This document shows, one piece after another, positions 60,558 to 64,000 of a stretch of 64,000 nucleotides of DNA. Source of the stretch: Eutreptiella sp. 'Long Island Sound 2002' (lineage: Eukaryota > Protista > Euglenida). The notes beneath the pieces are model-generated. The model saw only the letters and a program-made list of their open reading frames with translations, searched no databases and was not told the origin of the DNA. The DNA lies in contig OZ038378.1 in NCBI GenBank assembly GCA_964036045.1, positions 176,204,001-176,268,000 of the forward strand, in the 5' to 3' direction. Made by a program: the position numbers and the translations under genes. Each line of letters opens with the position of its first letter. Position 1 is the stretch's first letter.

Positions 60558-61489
60558 GTCTGTCCCGCGGTTGTAGGGGAGGCAGCAAGGCATTGTTGAG
60601 GTCCAAGCCGGGGGCGGTTTGCGGGGTTAGGGGCGGGGGGGACTGTTTGTGCCCCCTTGGCCCACTCCCGGCGTGGCAGAGGGACCGGCGAGGCATGAGT
60701 CTGCTCGGCGGACGCCCGCCCATGCCCCTCATCAACTCATGGAGGCCTCCATCCGGGTTTTGCATGACATTGGGGGGGGGGGGGCGCGCACCACAAGGAG
60801 AAGGCGGAGGGACTATTCAAACAAATAGGGAAGGCAAAGGACGGATTGCTAGACACAGAGGCCCGAAGACGGCACGACGCCGACATACAAAGAGGGGACA
60901 GGCGCCAACAACGGGTGGTACGCCATTGCAATAGGGGAGCTGCGACACACGACCCCGGACAGGAGGGCAGAAGGCCGGGGGAACCAAACACGTTGACAAT
61001 GCAACGACGCTTTGCATACGCGACCGTGGACTTCATGGAAGCACAGTACACAAGTATAGTGCGGGCCCGCGAGTGGCAGCTGGCCCGCACGCCGATGCCC
61101 AACATGACCAGGGGTGAGGTGTGGTACCTCATATGCTCAGGTTTCACGATGCCGGTGGTCCGGGTACGCATCGTGGCCGTGGGTGTGTATACCCCGCAGT
61201 GTAGCTGCCACCCACATGGGGTGTGCTACACACATGGAGAGTGGCAACCGGTTGTGCAGATAGACGGGGACCTACCAGGAGAGCACGTCCTGGTCTCACA
61301 ACCGGGCAGATTGCTGCCCACGGATCGCCTAGCGCAGTTGATCCCGGCAGCCTCCCGGAGGCGTTAAGGGGTTCAGCCCAACAGAATGCAGCGCAACGCA
61401 AATTAGAACAGCATAGGGCAACACGACGCCCAAGCACACGGAGCGGACGGAGGCGCACAAAGAAGATCAATGCACAAACCTCATAGGTA

Positions 61490-62180
61490 GGCCCCGGAGG
61501 CTCGGACTCGGCCCCGCCAATGGGTGGGCGGCCCTGTCCAAGCACTTCAGAGGTTACCCGGGCTCGGTCCCGACAGGAAGAGTGGCCCTACCCGGGTAGC
61601 CACGGCCGCCACACCTCATGGACACAACACAACGCACAACGCAGCGCAACACCGAAGAACTGGCAGAGACACACAGCCAAACTTGCCATCACACGAAAGC
61701 ACACACCACACAGTGTAGCAGAACAAAGCAAAGCAGTGTACCACAACGATGGCGGCGGACAGCCACACCACCCGCCGCAAGCACCAGCTCCAGCCCAACA
61801 CCCAACGCCTAGTGTGGGGGCCAGACCCACCACACGGGCACTGCACCCACGCACAGCCACCTCCGCCCACAAACAGGGCGCGCACGCAAGTCTCAAAGGC
61901 AAGCCCCGGGGGTTGGACTCGGCCCCGCCAATGGGTGGGCGGCCCTATCCAAGCGCTTCGGAGGTCACCCGAACTCGGCCCCCACAGGGGGAGCGGCCCT
62001 GCCCGGGTAGCCGCGGCCACCACGCCTCACGGAGGCAGCGTAGTGCACAACGTGGAGGCACGAGCACCAACACCAGCCAAACACCCAACACCCAGGGTGG
62101 GGGCCAGACCCACCACACGGGCACTTCACCCACACACAGCCACCGCCCCCGCAAACAAGGCACGCACGTGGAGCACCACC
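61490..62180 (+). repeat. Two diverged tandem copies of a roughly 410-bp unit (second copy shorter)
   Basis: GGACTCGGCCCCGCCAATGGGTGGGCGGCCCT and GGGGGCCAGACCCACCACACGGGCACT each occur twice. Confidence 0.85.
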
Positions 62181-63885
62181 AAGAGCCCAAGACCCCACAC
62201 CCCAACGCTAACACGGCACCCACCACACACGCAACAACCAAGGCCACACTTACACACAACATAGAAGGGATGCTTCCCTGATGCACTCCCGGGATCCATC
62301 ACCATCCCGACCACACCGGGAGGGGAAGGCAACCCAAAACTAAGTAAGGGGGTCGCCCCTGCGGGGGGTTGGCAGCCGGCTACGCGGTTGTCCATTGGGC
62401 GGCGACCTTAAACATGTACTGCCCGCGAGCAGCTAAGTTCTGTCACCAGGGCCTAGTGCAGGGGCCTTGGGCACGCTTATGAGACACAACGTCCAAACGA
62501 TTGGTGGTCACTGCACACGACCAACCAGGGGGTGGACTCACACCAGCCCCTTGCTCCGAGGCGTGGACAGCCCGAGGTGAAGTCCTCAAACGGGGAGCCC
62601 CTCAGCAGCCCAGAAAGCAAAAGAGCAACAACACCACTGACAGGTCATTTTGTAGATTTGGAGACCTGTGCAAAAGTGCCCGGTGCCCTTGGCACCACCC
62701 AACTGCGAGTGGGACAACCCGACAGCCGCAATGGGATGCAGGGAGCGACATGCTACCCCCCCCCCCCCCCCGGCACCGCACACCAGAAGCAGTGAGCGTG
62801 CCAGCAGAAAAAGAAAGAGCCCGAAACTGGGAGAAACGCATGCAGCAAAACAACTGGGCTCGAGGCCGCCCACACACGGCAGTGAGACGAGCCCCAACAG
62901 GACACACAACAAGGCGCAAGGGAACCATGAGGTGCGAGCACTGCAGCAACCACCAAATGCAGCGCACGCCGAGCGAGCCATCAGCAAACACCCCCCCTCC
63001 CTCTACAAGGTGCCCACGTACTCCACAAGGGCGGGGGCTGCGCCCGCGCGCCGGGAGGTGTGCGCCACGGGGCTGGCAACAGGGCCATGAACAGCCAACC
63101 GCGCATGGGACAGTCCACATTGTACAGAGATGTGAAATCCTCGTGCGGGGGGGCAGGCGTGTGGGACAGGAGGGGGTGCGCGACATGGGCAACCAGGAGC
63201 GCCACCAGACAAGGGGAGGAGCAACACAGACACACAAAACGCGGGAGCCACACCAAGGGGGACAAGGGCGGGCACACCTGACAAGGAGGAGGGGCACAGC
63301 AAGGCAGGAGAGGCTCCCAGAACAGCGGGAACAGGGAACCAGAATGGAGCGAATGGTGGAGTTTGCGCATGGGAGGCAGCGACAATAAAGGGGATGGCTT
63401 GGCCAGCTAGCCCCGTTGCTACCGGGTGCCAAGGCAACCCCTGCTCAATTGGCATCAGGTGGGGGGTGTCTCCCGCGCCCGGATGGGCTGTTTGCGCAAC
63501 AGGAGCGGGAGCCCATCAGGGGGCAGACCAGCCCTGAGGGGGAAAAGGACACGCAAACGGCACACCATGCCACATTCAGCACAACCCCAACACACCAACT
63601 ACTGGGCTCCGCGAACGCGGAAACGACACCAGCAAGAGCACCGGCCGCAACGGCCGACAAAAAGCAGCGACCCGACACAACATGCGAAGGGAAGAACGGC
63701 TGACCGTCCAGGAGCAACAACCAGACGGAATGTCACACAGGGGGTTAGAGGGCACTGGTCAGGTCAGGTCAGGTCAGGTCAGGTTAGGGGTGGCACTGGA
63801 CTCAGTGGACAGGGAGGACATGGGTGAGGGGGGCTCCACGTGTATGTTGTAATTTTTTTTGCAGTAAATGCGTGTAACAAAAAAA

Positions 63886-63972
63886 TCGTCCAGTCGTGTA
63901 ATTTTTTTTTGCGGTAAGTTGTGTAAGCCCGCCACACGCATTACCGCAAAAAAAAATTACACGACTAGACGA
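63886..63972. repeat. Hairpin/MITE-like inverted repeat at the window end
   Basis: TCGTCCAGTCGTGTAATTTTTTTTTGCGGTAA pairs with TTACCGCAAAAAAAAATTACACGACTAGACGA. Confidence 0.85.
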
Positions 63973-64000
63973 CTTTTCTGTACACGCGTTTACCACAAAA

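Noticed and set aside
1-64000. Polycistronic unit inferred from all three genes being on the + strand
   Set aside because: Three co-oriented genes are expected by chance one time in four; not evidence on its own.
1-64000. rRNA, SL RNA or telomeric arrays
   Set aside because: No recognisable conserved sequence found by eye.

Overview
Eukaryotic, repeat-rich DNA with GC-rich exons and long introns full of microsatellites and transposon relics. It looks euglenozoan/euglenid-like, but that is an inference from architecture only. Three genes are supportable, all on the + strand. (1) The 3' part of a very divergent four-repeat voltage-gated cation channel (repeats II-IV plus C-terminal tail; 8 exons, 1917-23164). 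(2) An intronless bacterial-type YnfA/UPF0060 small membrane protein gene (40403-40858), a candidate horizontal transfer. (3) The splicing factor CWC22 (13 exons, 45397-60557, continuing past the window). I reconstructed exon boundaries by hand and every junction keeps frame; the introns are GT-AG except one GC-AG. Introns and intergenic DNA hold a Penelope-like RT relic lying between TG microsatellites, an RNase H fragment, a long frameshifted gag-like ORF without pol, a decayed pogo-type transposase with a nested TA-flanked derivative, a hAT fragment, MITEs/foldbacks, and tRNA-like units that occur as inverted pairs. Most ORFs in the supplied track are spurious translations of repeats.
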